From: Opitutales bacterium
GTDB lineage: Bacteria; Verrucomicrobiota; Verrucomicrobiia; Opitutales; PNEW01
DNA: 64,000 nt
Reading direction: 5' to 3'
Assembly: GCA_965197745.1 (NCBI GenBank)
Contig: CBDANS010000006.1
Location: 864,001 to 928,000 of the forward strand
Shown piece after piece: positions 32,526 to 43,133 of this stretch. Position numbers and translations under genes: made by a program. The notes beneath the pieces are model-generated. The model saw only the letters and a program-made list of their open reading frames with translations. It was not told the origin of the DNA and made no database searches. Positions within the stretch are counted from its first letter, which is position 1. The number at the start of each line of letters is the position of its first letter.

Positions 32526-33974
32526 TTAAATTGATTTAGCGGAGTAATTCTCGAAACGAGTTATTTCCGGAAGAAAAGTAAGGGGAACCATCCCTATTGG
32601 GCCGTTACGCTGTTTTGCTACGTACAAGTCAACCACATTATCTGAGGAAGACGGGGAATCTGCTTCTTCACTGGCTCCCCTTCTCGCCAGGAGAAGGACA
32701 ACATCGGCATCCTGTTCAATCGAACCCGAATCTCGTAAATCCGAGAGCCGTGGCAATCTTTTTTCTTTTTCTGAATCACGGTTGAGTTGACTTAAGACAA
32801 GCACAGGGACTTTCAGTTCCTTTGCCATCGCTTTGACCCCACGAGATATTTCAGAGATTTGCTGCCATCTTTCCATACGGCTGACGGCGCCAGAGATGAG
32901 CTGCAGATAATCGATAATAATTAAGCCAAGTCTTTGTTTGGCGTGCATCCGCCGAGCTTTTGCTCGCATTTCAAGCATCGTTATCTGACCGGATTCATCA
33001 ATCCACAGAGGCGCTGCTTTCAAGGCTTTGGCATCTCGACTCAAACGGTTCTGGTCCTCACGGGACACCATCCCGTCTTTTATCCTCTGCATGTTTACCC
33101 GTGAATGGCTGCATAAGAGGCGAAGCGCGAGCTGACTTGCACTCATCTCCAAATTAAAGAACAGCGTGGGAACCGGCTTTCTCTTTTCGTCGTTGGGGAA
33201 AGTGGCGGCCTCCGCAATATTTAAGGCGAGCGATGTTTTTCCCACGGAGGGGCGCGCGGCAAGAACGATCATCTCTGAAGCGTGAAAGCCGAAGGTCATG
33301 CGGTCGAGGTCAATAAACCCCGTCGAAACGCCACTCAATTCTCCTTTATTTTGAAGCAGGACATTAATCAATTTTACCGCCGAGTCGATGGACTCCTTAA
33401 TGGGAATAGCTGATTCCGAGACACGATCCTGGCTGATCTCAAAAATTTTCTCTTCCGCTGTTTCGAGAAAATTATCCAATCCGTCCTGAGAGTGATAACA
33501 GTCGTCGATAATTTGTGTTGCGGAATTAATAAGCCGTCGCATAAGACATTTTTCTCGGACAATTTCCAACCAGTATTTCGCGTGCGCGGTAGTCTCAATG
33601 CGACTAGTGAGATGGGTAATGGCACTGTATCCCCCAATTCCTTCAAGGGCGTTTTGGGATTCGAGTTTTTCGACAAGAATAATCTCATCGACCACCGACC
33701 CCTCTTCATAGATTTCGAGAAGGGCTTGAAATATAATCTGATGAGCGGGCTTATAAAAATAGTCGGGGTTAATTCTAGCTTCAAGACAGGTGGCCATTAT
33801 TTCCTGACCCCCATCCATAATACATGAAGCTAGAAGTCCTTCCTCGGCATCGATATTATGGGGAGCAACGCGTTCAAGCAATTCAGACGATCCCGAAACG
33901 GGATCGTTGCTTGTAGCGGGGCGATTCTTACGCTCACGCCCCATTCCATTTGTTAATCCTTTTTTCGTAGGCAT
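32526..33974 (-). CDS. dnaB: Replicative DNA helicase
   Basis: AARPSVGKT, IDYLQL, SQLNR, DLRDSGSIEQDAD. Confidence 0.97.
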   Translation of the reverse strand: MPTKKGLTNGMGRERKNRPATSNDPVSGSSELLERVAPHNIDAEEGLLASCIMDGGQEIMATCLEARINPDYFYKPAHQIIFQALLEIYEEGSVVDEIILVEKLESQNALEGIGGYSAITHLTSRIETTAHAKYWLEIVREKCLMRRLINSATQIIDDCYHSQDGLDNFLETAEEKIFEISQDRVSESAIPIKESIDSAVKLINVLLQNKGELSGVSTGFIDLDRMTFGFHASEMIVLAARPSVGKTSLALNIAEAATFPNDEKRKPVPTLFFNLEMSASQLALRLLCSHSRVNMQRIKDGMVSREDQNRLSRDAKALKAAPLWIDESGQITMLEMRAKARRMHAKQRLGLIIIDYLQLISGAVSRMERWQQISEISRGVKAMAKELKVPVLVLSQLNRDSEKEKRLPRLSDLRDSGSIEQDADVVLLLARRGASEEADSPSSSDNVVDLYVAKQRNGPIGMVPLTFLPEITRFENYSAKSI

Positions 33975-34001
33975 TGCCTAGGAGCCGGTTTATACCGGAG
34001 T

Positions 34002-34475
34002 TTAGTCTTCTTTTTCGATCGGGTTTTCGGAAACAACCTCGAATTCAAAATCTACAGTAATCTCAGGATGTATTTTTATCCGCGCACTATGTTTCCCCAA
34101 GGATTTAACCTGATTGTAAATTTCAATTTGCTTTCGCTCAACAACTATCTCATGCGCGGCCAGTTGTCCTTGAAGGTTATGGGTCGTAACGGCGCCGAAC
34201 AGTTTGCCCCCTGGACCCGTCTTCATGGCAATGGCCAGATGTAAACTTTCAATTTTTTTTGCGCGTTCTTCGGCATGCGACAGATCCAGCGCCATGCGGT
34301 TTTCGCGTCTTTTTACCAACGCTTCTATTTGTCTACGATTTGCATGATTAACAGGAACCGCTATCTTTTTTGGAAATAGTAAATTGCGCGCATAACCTGC
34401 TTTTACTTGAACTTGATCACCTTCATTGCCCAATTTTTCTATTGGTTTAAGAAGTAATATTTCAGTCGTAGCCAT
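34002..34475 (-). CDS. rplI: 50S ribosomal protein L9
   Basis: LG..GD.V.VKAGYARN, KLFGAV. Confidence 0.95.
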   Translation of the reverse strand: MATTEILLLKPIEKLGNEGDQVQVKAGYARNLLFPKKIAVPVNHANRRQIEALVKRRENRMALDLSHAEERAKKIESLHLAIAMKTGPGGKLFGAVTTHNLQGQLAAHEIVVERKQIEIYNQVKSLGKHSARIKIHPEITVDFEFEVVSENPIEKED

Positions 34476-34526
34476 GGTATCTATCTTTAAAAATTAGTGG
34501 TTTGTTACGGTGCATCCGTTAACGTC

Positions 34527-34982
34527 TTAAAAAGGAACATCGTCATCAATATCCGATACTTCTTCACTTGCTGAAGAGGTCAGTGAATTATCAGATTCTG
34601 ATTTACGGGAGGGGGGGGTAACACGCTCATAACCTGAGCCCCCTTCATCACTGCGGCTACCGACAAACTGGAAGCTCTCCAGAATCACTTTGAGCTTACT
34701 GCGCTTTTCACCGGTCTTACTCTCCCAAGAATCCAGCTGAAGACGTCCTTCGACGAGAATAGGTCTCCCCTTACTCATATATTTCCCTATTACTTCCGCT
34801 TGACGACCAAAGACATCAACATCAACAAAGGTGACTTCTTCGCGGTTATTACCATCACTATCACGAAAGGTGCGATTGACCGCTAAACCTATTTGGCAAA
34901 CAGGAGTTCCTTTTGGCGTAACCCTTAGCTCTGGATCACGAGTCAAATTCCCCATGAGGATTACTTTATTATAAGAAGCCAT
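34527..34982 (-). CDS. ssb: Single-stranded DNA-binding protein
   Basis: NKVILMGNLTRDPE; acidic DDDVPF tail. Confidence 0.96.
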   Translation of the reverse strand: MASYNKVILMGNLTRDPELRVTPKGTPVCQIGLAVNRTFRDSDGNNREEVTFVDVDVFGRQAEVIGKYMSKGRPILVEGRLQLDSWESKTGEKRSKLKVILESFQFVGSRSDEGGSGYERVTPPSRKSESDNSLTSSASEEVSDIDDDVPF

Positions 34983-35001
34983 GACACCTTAAAATTATAT
35001 C

Positions 35002-35307
35002 TTATACTGCTGATTGTATGATGATGCGTTTAACGGCATTTTCAAGACGCAAGTTATCTTGGAGCGCGCGGGGTGATTCTGGAGGACCTTCAAAATAAAT
35101 ATGTAAATAAAAGTCAGCAGGATGCTTTTTATCTGTAACTCTTGCAAAATCTATGCGCCCGTGGTTATCAACCTCGCTAACTTTACCCCCTACTTTAACA
35201 ATTGCCGCTTTAAGCTGGTCAACGACACTATCAATCGTCTCTTCGAGACCCCTTGTATCGAGGATGAAAGAAGCATTGTAGCGATGTTTAATTTTTGTCC
35301 TGCCCAT
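35002..35307 (-). CDS. rpsF: 30S ribosomal protein S6
   Basis: S6-like size and pattern between pth and ssb; start taken at MGRTK. Confidence 0.85.
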   Translation of the reverse strand: MGRTKIKHRYNASFILDTRGLEETIDSVVDQLKAAIVKVGGKVSEVDNHGRIDFARVTDKKHPADFYLHIYFEGPPESPRALQDNLRLENAVKRIIIQSAV

Positions 35308-35890
35308 CAGTATTTTTATTCCTTTGATTAATTTGATTCTTGGCAAGGTTCGGCCCTCTGTCAATAAGTAGCTGCAGACTGGTCAAATAATCCTCCATTT
35401 TATTATTCACAATTTCTCGTTCTTCAGCACTGAATTTCCCCAGGACAAAATCTTTTAATTCAATTTGAGGTGGATATTTTGGCCCGATTCCGACACGAAA
35501 TCGAGCAAAACCATTATCCAAATGCTGGAGTGCGCTTTCTATTCCGTTATGGCCGCCCGCGCTTCCGGTTGTTGTAATTTTAATTTCTCCAAAATCAATC
35601 TGTACTTCATCGTAAATGATGATCAAATTTTCTACGGTTATTTTATAGTAATTACAAAGTGGACCCAGTGAGCGGCCGCTTTCATTCATGTACGTTTGTG
35701 GTTTTACCAGGAGTAAAGATTTCTCACCATTTGTAAATCGAACCACTTCAGCTTCAAAACGGGTTTCGGTTTCCCATTTTCCCCCCTTATTTTTATTCAA
35801 TGCATCAATAATTTCAAAACCTATATTATGGCGCGTGTAGCGATAACTCTCTCCTGGATTACCCAATCCTGCAATAACCAGAATAGACAT
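35288..35890 (-). CDS. pth: Peptidyl-tRNA hydrolase
   Basis: GLGNPG..Y..TRHNIG, KPQTYMN, GGHNG. Confidence 0.96.
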   Translation of the reverse strand: MSILVIAGLGNPGESYRYTRHNIGFEIIDALNKNKGGKWETETRFEAEVVRFTNGEKSLLLVKPQTYMNESGRSLGPLCNYYKITVENLIIIYDEVQIDFGEIKITTTGSAGGHNGIESALQHLDNGFARFRVGIGPKYPPQIELKDFVLGKFSAEEREIVNNKMEDYLTSLQLLIDRGPNLAKNQINQRNKNTDGQDKN

Positions 35891-35975
35891 AACTGAAATA
35901 AGCTATTTTTAAATACAAAGTCAAAAATGTGACTTAAGCGCTAATCCCTATAGCGCAGGTGCCGCGCTCAATATC

Positions 35976-36665
35976 TTATGAAGCAGATTCCGACTTCTCA
36001 TCCACGCCCTTGTCTTCACTCTTTGGTTCGCCGGCTTCACCTTCTTCCATTTCTTCGCCTTCTTCTAATTCTCCTTCTTCAGCCACATCCTCCACGACCT
36101 CTTCCAGAATAGCAGGTGCCATACAAGATACAATCTGCAATTCGGCATCACCTATAAATTCAACCCCCTTAATATCCGTAAGATCTCTGATATGGATTGA
36201 ATCACCTATGGAAAGCTCGGATACATCAATATCGATGGTTCCAGGCAAGTCGCGTGGTAAACAACGTATTTCCAACTCGTGCGCTGATACTTCAAGCAAA
36301 CCTCCTTCATTTTTAACACCGATAGCTTCATTGAGAATACGAACTGCAACATGGGTATGCATCGTTTCCGTAGCCGAGACTTCGTGAAAGTCAATGTGGA
36401 TAAAATGATCTGTTCGTGGATCGCGTTGTACTTCTTTAACAATTGATAGCGCCGACTCTTTGCCCTCGACTTCAACCTGAATTAAAGCGCTAACTCCAGC
36501 TATCATTTTCCAGAGTGCTCGGAAATCATTCTGTTCAATGATGAGCGGTTGGTTGCCCTTTTTCCCATAGATGACCGCCGGAATCTTTCCCGCAGCGCGT
36601 AAACGCCGATTTATGTTTCGTCCCGTTTCTTCTCTCGGAAAGACTTTGAGTTCTAATTGATTCAT
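35976..36665 (-). CDS. rplY: 50S ribosomal protein L25 (Ctc form)
   Basis: RRLRAAGKIPAVIYG, HIDF, acidic tail. Confidence 0.95.
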   Translation of the reverse strand: MNQLELKVFPREETGRNINRRLRAAGKIPAVIYGKKGNQPLIIEQNDFRALWKMIAGVSALIQVEVEGKESALSIVKEVQRDPRTDHFIHIDFHEVSATETMHTHVAVRILNEAIGVKNEGGLLEVSAHELEIRCLPRDLPGTIDIDVSELSIGDSIHIRDLTDIKGVEFIGDAELQIVSCMAPAILEEVVEDVAEEGELEEGEEMEEGEAGEPKSEDKGVDEKSESAS

Positions 36666-36884
36666 TAACTTAAAATTGACGGGGATATTCATACCCCAGG
36701 CGAAAAAACCTTAAATACATAAAGTTATGTTATCAAAATGCAATCAAAAGTTTTGATTTCTTTCACTCTGAAATGAGTACTTACGCACCCTTATGATCCT
36801 TTATGCGTTATATTCAGTTTAAATCATATCGCGGTCACGATACACGCTTGAATAATATGAGATATAACTCAAATATTTCAACCC

Positions 36885-37718
36885 ATGAAATTATTTCGGG
36901 CTCTTGATGCTTTTTATATTCAAAGTGAAAATCAATGGTACCGCTCAAAGAATATAGCATTGGATGATCTCTTTTCTTCAAGCAATCCAAGTGATTGGTT
37001 GAGGAATGAATTAAGTAATATTGACTCTCTCCAATTGAGTGCTGCGGTAGAGGATGAACCTCTTTTGCCGCCCTTACAAAACCAGGAAGTATGGGCTGCT
37101 GGCGTGACTTATTATCGCAGTCGGGAAGCCCGCATGCAGGAGTCAGAAAAAGCGGGGGGTGATGCCTTTTATGATCGCGTCTATGATGCCGACAGACCTG
37201 AATTATTTTTTAAAGCATCACCGGCACGAGCGGTTGGTCATCGGCAGAAAGTAGCTATACGCAGTGATTCTAAATGGAATGTTCCTGAGCCGGAGCTAAC
37301 CCTCGCAATCAATGCCAATGCAAAAATTTTTGGTTTCACCATTGGTAACGACATGAGTTCACGTGATATCGAAGGGGAAAATCCTCTTTATCTACCCCAA
37401 GTAAAAGTCTATCAAAAATCCTGCGCCCTTGGACCTGCATTAGTCTTGTCCGATAATTTAAGCCCCGAAACAGTAATATCCCTGGAAATAGAACGGTCAG
37501 GAAAAACCTGTTTTCAGGGTAACACGCGATTATCTCAAATAAAAAGACCTTTTGATAATCTAGTTGAATATCTTTATCGAGATAACGCTTTCCCTTGCGG
37601 CTGCTATCTTATGACTGGAACGGGAATTGTTCCGACTGCTGATCTATCCCTGCAATCAGGTGACTGCATCAAAATTTCCATAGACTCACTCGGCTCACTA
37701 GAAAACGAAGTTGAATAA
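36885..37718 (+). CDS. Fumarylacetoacetate-hydrolase family (2-keto-3-deoxy-pentonate dehydratase-like)
   Basis: [38 protein letters not shown]. Confidence 0.85.
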   Translation: MKLFRALDAFYIQSENQWYRSKNIALDDLFSSSNPSDWLRNELSNIDSLQLSAAVEDEPLLPPLQNQEVWAAGVTYYRSREARMQESEKAGGDAFYDRVYDADRPELFFKASPARAVGHRQKVAIRSDSKWNVPEPELTLAINANAKIFGFTIGNDMSSRDIEGENPLYLPQVKVYQKSCALGPALVLSDNLSPETVISLEIERSGKTCFQGNTRLSQIKRPFDNLVEYLYRDNAFPCGCYLMTGTGIVPTADLSLQSGDCIKISIDSLGSLENEVE

Positions 37719-37741
37719 AAGTAAATTCAGTGGGGTGATAA

Positions 37742-40110
37742 TTAATAATGCCGATCTGTAACGCTATCAATGGCATTTGAGAGCATTGATATATTAATCG
37801 GTTTCGGCAGAAAAAAATCCATACCTGCCTCGAGGCAAGCCTCGTGGTCATCATGCATGACGGAAGCAGCAAGGGCAACGATGCGGGGTTGACGGTCAGG
37901 GGGAAATCTTCCCTTATCCTTTTCGTCACTTCCAACCCACTCATATTACTCATCTGAATATCCATGAGAATTACGTCATAATTTTTCCGATTCAATAATT
38001 CAAGCGCCTCCAATCCGTTAGCCGCCAGATCTGGATCAAACCCCAACCGCTCTAAAGTTTTTATGGTCATAACTTGACTCGTATCAGGATCTTCCACGAG
38101 TAGTATTTTAAGCGCTTTTCTCTGATTTATTTTTTCCGCAGCCAATTGATTTATACCATCTATCTCTAAAGCTTTCTCTTCATTGACACGCAGGACTTGT
38201 AATAATTTTTCGCGCAAATGTTGAATGAGGATAGGTTTAAAAAGTCGCACGGCTGAAGGGACCCGCAATTTTCCATTTAAGGAATCCGGTTTCCCCGGCG
38301 AATAAATAACAACCAAGGGCAAATTACTATTGTTAGCGAGAGAGATTATTTTATCCGCAATGCTTTCGACTTGCATCCTCAACCACTGTGCGTCGATAAA
38401 AATAACTTTAAAACTGGTTATATCATCTTCTAAAAGCCTCACCGCTTTATCCGCCTTATTAACTATTAGCGTAGAGATATTTAAGCGTTTTAATTTTAAG
38501 ACGAGATCGCTGTAAGCCGTGCTGTCTTCAAAAATCAATGCTTTCTTTTCATTCTCCCATTTTATATGAAGATTTGGCGCAGGCGTAATGGAAAATACTT
38601 TTACCGTGAATGTAAATGTAGACCCTTTTCCAATATCACTTTCAACCGCGAGATCTCCCCCCATCATCTTTGTCAATCGTTCACTGATGGTAAGTCCGAG
38701 ACCTGTGCCCCCAAAATAACGCGCCGTTGAATCGTCGCCCTGGTTAAAAGCTTCAAAAATATATTTAAGCTTATCTTCTCCTATTCCAATTCCTGAATCA
38801 CTGATGGAGAAGCGAAGGAGAGCCGATCGATCGGAAAATTGTTCTACAATTGAAGCGGCGACGATGATTTCACCGTGCATCGTGAACTTAGTGGCATTGC
38901 TTAAAAGATTGATAAGTATTTGCCTTAAACGATTGGGATCAGAGTGTATTTCAAGGGGAAGATTTTCATCCTCGTCACAGATAAAATCCAGATTTTTAGC
39001 GAATATTTTCGACGAGAAAAGCGCCAGTGTTTCCTGTAACCAATCTTGAAGATTGAAAGGAATACATTCGATATCCAGTTTGCTTGCTTCCATCTTCGAA
39101 AGATCGAGAATATTATTCAATAAACTGAGCAGGTTTTTTCCTGAATTTCTGATCGTATCCAGGCACTCCTCCTGCTCCTCATCCAGAGAGGTTTCGTAGA
39201 GTAATTCACACATCCCCATTAAGGCGTTCATAGGTGTGCGTATTTCGTGGCTCATATTGGCAAGAAATAAAGATTTCGCACGATTAGCTGACTCCGCGCG
39301 CTCACGGGCAGCATCAAGGTTTTCCTCTAATCGCTTGTGCTCACTAATATCCGTAAATACTCCATTCCAAATAATACTGCCGTCATTTTCTGGCACTTCG
39401 GGAACGGAGCTGCCACGTATCCATTTTAAAACCCCATCTTTGGTCCTGAATCTGAAATTATAAGTCCAAGGCTCAAGAGATTTCGCCGAATTATTTATCG
39501 ATTTCAATAGCGCTTCTACATCTTTTGGATATATAGCGTTCCATCCTAGTTCGAAATCTGCTTCTAATTCCTCTGCCTCATACCCAAAAAGTTCTTTTGC
39601 TCCGCGACTTATAAAAGGGAAACTCATCTCGCCTTCCTTGCTCAATCGAAACTGGTAAACTGCACCAGGAATAACATTGGTTAATCGATTAAGATTTCCC
39701 TCGCTTTCTCTTAAACGCTTTTCTGTTTTTACACTTTGGGTGAGGTTTTGAACCGTACCCAGCACTTGCTTGATGCTTCCGTCCGCATGGTGTAGGTGAG
39801 CGGCAACCGTAATATTCAATTTCAACTGCCTTTTTGCGCGATCTCTCATCTGGTCGACAAAACTGAAAGTTTGACCCGGTTCCAGTTTTTGCAATTCGCT
39901 TAAGCATGAAGGAACGTCATCCTCCGTACCGCATTGCAGGGCAGAGGGGAGAAATCTTGAACCTAAAGATTGAATTTCCGGCAAGGTGTAACCCAGTAAA
40001 TCCTCAAACTCTGGATTGGCGTAGACAAATCGATTATCTTTAATATCAAATATAAAGATTGAGCAGGGCAGAGAATCAGCAGGCAGAGACGGGGATATCT
40101 TATTGCTCAT
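37742..40110 (-). pseudogene. PAS-PAS hybrid sensor histidine kinase with a frameshift in the C-terminal receiver
   Basis: H box FLANMSHEIRTPMN, N/G boxes, receiver ILMDIQM; receiver end (RIVALAAS..CLEAGMDFFLPKP) lies in another frame after the G5 run at 37899-37903. Confidence 0.8.
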
Positions 40111-40407
40111 AGATCAGTATCGCAATAAATTCTATTTATAGAGTGAGTGTTTTAACAAAATTCACTAACCGTATTTTATCGCGAAAGAGAAAAGCATCAT
40201 TATCACCTGACTTCTTGTTAAATAAAACTACGAGGGGCACTGGTGACGGGACATAATTATTGATTTACTGAACTAATATTATTATACTTATCGAATAAGA
40301 TTTGCGCTCGGCCCCAAGGGAATCCACCCTTTCTATAGTGGCTTGCTCACGACACTCTCGAAATTATAATTAATGCTTATCTTTTTGCTTCCTCGTAAAC
40401 AATTGAT

Positions 40408-40482
40408 GTCCCCATAGTTCAATGGATAGAACCGCGGTTTCCTAAACCGTTAATCCGAGTTCGAGTCTCGGTGGGGGCACCA
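40408..40482 (+). tRNA. tRNA-Arg(CCT)
   Basis: Acceptor GTCCCCA/TGGGGGC, D-loop AATGGATA, anticodon arm GCGGT-TTCCTAA-ACCGT, TTCGA T-loop, encoded CCA. Confidence 0.95.
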
Positions 40483-40516
40483 GCCTTCGCTCCCGCGGTG
40501 GCGGGACTGGCAAGCC
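40483..40516. repeat. REP-like GC hairpin after tRNA
   Basis: TCCCGC-ggtg-GCGGGA; same stem as 49478-49493. Confidence 0.5.
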
Positions 40517-40704
40517 AGCTATTGGCTGTTGCGACATAACGAGGGACTTTAAAACTACTATTACCTGGCAAAGGCTGCGTGCTTTCTCTTACTTTCCGCA
40601 AATTTCAATAACGACGTGACGAGAAAGTTTTCTCATAAGTCATAATCGCCGAAAAGCACCCTGAAACCGTGTCAGATAAATAGATGCGCCGTGCTCCTAA
40701 TGTA

Positions 40705-41688
40705 TTACTTCTTAATTTGTCCCAGCCAATTGGGCACTTTTTTAACCCATTTATTCAGCTCTTCCAATTGGGTTTCCAGCACACCGAGACGTTGGTAAAC
40801 GTGCGAGGGAAATCTTCGCTCCATAAAGTAGGTAAAAAAATGTGTAAGCATAGTCGATTCATTTCTCATCATTTGACTGAGATAAGATAGTTGAGACACG
40901 ATTAAGGTCGCAATGTAATGATTATCGTTGATCAGTGAATTTTCAATGTACTCGGTACTTAATTTACTTTCTTCAAGTTTAAGTATCCTTATACCAGAAC
41001 GTTCAGCGATATTCTGTAAAATGCCATAACAACGAACCAGTCTGTGATAAACATCTGCTGGAACTTTACCGCGTTCGAAATGGGGTGGTGGTGGAAGCGA
41101 TTCTGCATCGGGAAAAAACAATAATAAACGGGAAGCGTGTTCAATCGCTGTTGTTATTTCCTGGTAGACATCTGACGGGGTTAATTGTCGATCAAGAAGA
41201 ATATTAAATTGTCGTTGGGCCGTAATTATAGAGCGGTATACATCGGAGGGTGTCATTCTGGGATCCACGGGCAACTCCTGAATCTGATCGCTGATTTCAT
41301 ATTTTTGTTTTACAATACGGGTCTGATTGAGTGAAGCGTTCACCATTGCAAAAACATGGGTGGGCATAATTTCCCCTTCCGGGGTATCGGGTGGCGTTGC
41401 CAGTTCTTGCGTATGTTCGTAACAAAGCTGATTGGCCAACTCAAAAAGGGCACTCGCCTGGGCGTATACTTCGCGGGGAACCGCACCGGTTACTCTGAGT
41501 TCTGATTGGTAATTCTTGGGTTTACCCATCTCGTAGCGTATCAATTCCAGCTCCTCTCTTAACAAAGCTGTGCGGGCAAATACGTCCGATGGCTCTATTT
41601 CCCTGGTCTCAGCTGTATTTGGTTTAAAAGCCAGCAACAAATAAATTATCAATATCAAAGAATAAAATAATCTATTTTTAAATATCAT
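40705..41688 (-). CDS. Secreted hypothetical protein with internal P-x-D/H-V-F/Y repeats
   Basis: Signal-peptide-like N-terminus; ~7 copies of the motif. Confidence 0.7.
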   Translation of the reverse strand: MIFKNRLFYSLILIIYLLLAFKPNTAETREIEPSDVFARTALLREELELIRYEMGKPKNYQSELRVTGAVPREVYAQASALFELANQLCYEHTQELATPPDTPEGEIMPTHVFAMVNASLNQTRIVKQKYEISDQIQELPVDPRMTPSDVYRSIITAQRQFNILLDRQLTPSDVYQEITTAIEHASRLLLFFPDAESLPPPPHFERGKVPADVYHRLVRCYGILQNIAERSGIRILKLEESKLSTEYIENSLINDNHYIATLIVSQLSYLSQMMRNESTMLTHFFTYFMERRFPSHVYQRLGVLETQLEELNKWVKKVPNWLGQIKK

Positions 41689-41871
41689 ATATGTTTAAGT
41701 GATCATTTTCATGGAAACAGAAGCTAACGCCATAGTTTCAATTTATATATGTGAGAAAATAATAGCAAGTGAGATACACTGAATCAGAATTATCAAATTT
41801 CGGTGGCATAGCATTTAACCTATTGGTAAAACCGATGCATCAATTCCCATTGTTAATGATTATCCTAAAGT

Positions 41872-41909
41872 AAAAAAAAGCCGCCCCTTAAAACGGGACG
41901 GCTTTTTTT
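41872..41909. terminator. Intrinsic terminator
   Basis: AAAAAAAAGCCGCCCC-ttaaaac-GGGACGGCTTTTTTT. Confidence 0.75.
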
Positions 41910-41931
41910 AAGATACTTATCGTTAACTTAG

Positions 41932-41950
41932 TTAACTTATTGTGCGAATC
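41932..41950 (-). pseudogene. Vestigial 3' end of a pilin gene copy
   Basis: 19/19 identity to 18569-18587 (last codons FAQ*, plus downstream bases); abuts an IS end. Confidence 0.55.
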
Positions 41951-42007
41951 TGATTGGACCCCGTTTTTCGTACCAATTATTATGTGAGAGAGTTACCGGG
42001 TATTAAT
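41951..42007 (-). mobile_element. Isolated IS3 terminal fragment
   Basis: 57 bp identical to 56270-56326, starting at the terminal TG. Confidence 0.9.
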
Positions 42008-42155
42008 AAGTTTTTTACATAATAAAAGGAAACCCCGCTTTTAATCTAATTCTATTGCCTTTGTTTTTGATAACATTGTTTCTCTAAGACTAAGATAGGG
42101 CGAATGCCATGTTCCCTTCTATAATTATGTAAAACAATTAACTGCTGAAAAATAA

Positions 42156-43067
42156 ATGAAAATGAATATCGGATTTATTGGTGTAGGAATAATGGGAACT
42201 GGGATGGTATCCAACCTGTGTAAAGACGGTTTCTCCGTTAAATTTGTGGCAAGAGACGATGAACGCTCACGTGCTAATGCGCGCATCGCAAGAGAAAAGG
42301 GGGCCGTGGAAGTTGAGAATTACGAGATGCTTGCTATCGATAGCGATGTAATAATGCTCAGCCTTCCGGACTCTAACATTGTCGAACATGTCCTTTTGTC
42401 AGATCAAGGGATTGGCCCTCACCTTCGCAAGGGACAGGTAGTTGTAGATTTTTCAACGAGTTATCCCCCCTCAACACGCAAATTGTCTGAAACGCTGAAA
42501 TCCCGGGATATTGATCTCATCGATGCCCCGCTGACCGGCAGCAAACCGCAAGCCGATACGGGAACCTTAAATGTTATTGTCGGTGGACCTGAGAAAATTT
42601 TTGAAATAATTAAACCCGCATTTAATGCTATTGCCTCCAATGTCATTTATGTCGGTTCAGTCGGCATGGGGCATACCATAAAGTTGATCAATAATTATCT
42701 TGGTCAGACTAATTTAGCGGCCATTTGTGAAATTCTCGTCTTTGCCCAGACCTACGGTGTCGATCTACAAAAACTGCATGAAGTAGTTTCGGTCAGCGGC
42801 GGAAATAGCACATCATTTCAAGGCTGTATGCCACGATTCATGGCGCGTGACTTCGCCATTAATTTTCAGCAAAGATTAGTTCTGAAAGATATTCGTTACA
42901 TGACCGATTTCACTCGCGAAGCAGGTGTTCCCACCCCTCTTGCTGATACCTTACTTGCTATTCATGAACAAGCTTTTGCCAACGGTTATGGTGAAGAAGA
43001 TACTACTGCGATGCTCAAATTCTTTGAAGAAAATGCTCGCGGGTCATCCCCTCCGAAAAGCAAGTAA
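42156..43067 (+). CDS. Beta-hydroxyacid dehydrogenase (GarR/MmsB-like)
   Basis: GFIGVGIMG, DAPLTG, KLINN. Confidence 0.88.
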   Translation: MKMNIGFIGVGIMGTGMVSNLCKDGFSVKFVARDDERSRANARIAREKGAVEVENYEMLAIDSDVIMLSLPDSNIVEHVLLSDQGIGPHLRKGQVVVDFSTSYPPSTRKLSETLKSRDIDLIDAPLTGSKPQADTGTLNVIVGGPEKIFEIIKPAFNAIASNVIYVGSVGMGHTIKLINNYLGQTNLAAICEILVFAQTYGVDLQKLHEVVSVSGGNSTSFQGCMPRFMARDFAINFQQRLVLKDIRYMTDFTREAGVPTPLADTLLAIHEQAFANGYGEEDTTAMLKFFEENARGSSPPKSK

Positions 43068-43133
43068 ACCTGGTATTGATTAGGCAAGGCTTCTTTACTG
43101 AGCGGGAGCAGGATAATTAACGCAGGCTGTAGA

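Noticed and set aside
34002..35307. rpsR missing between ssb and rplI
   Set aside because: As far as I recall this order is normal in Verrucomicrobiota.
40419..40601. 60-aa ORF
   Set aside because: Antisense to tRNA-Arg; spurious.
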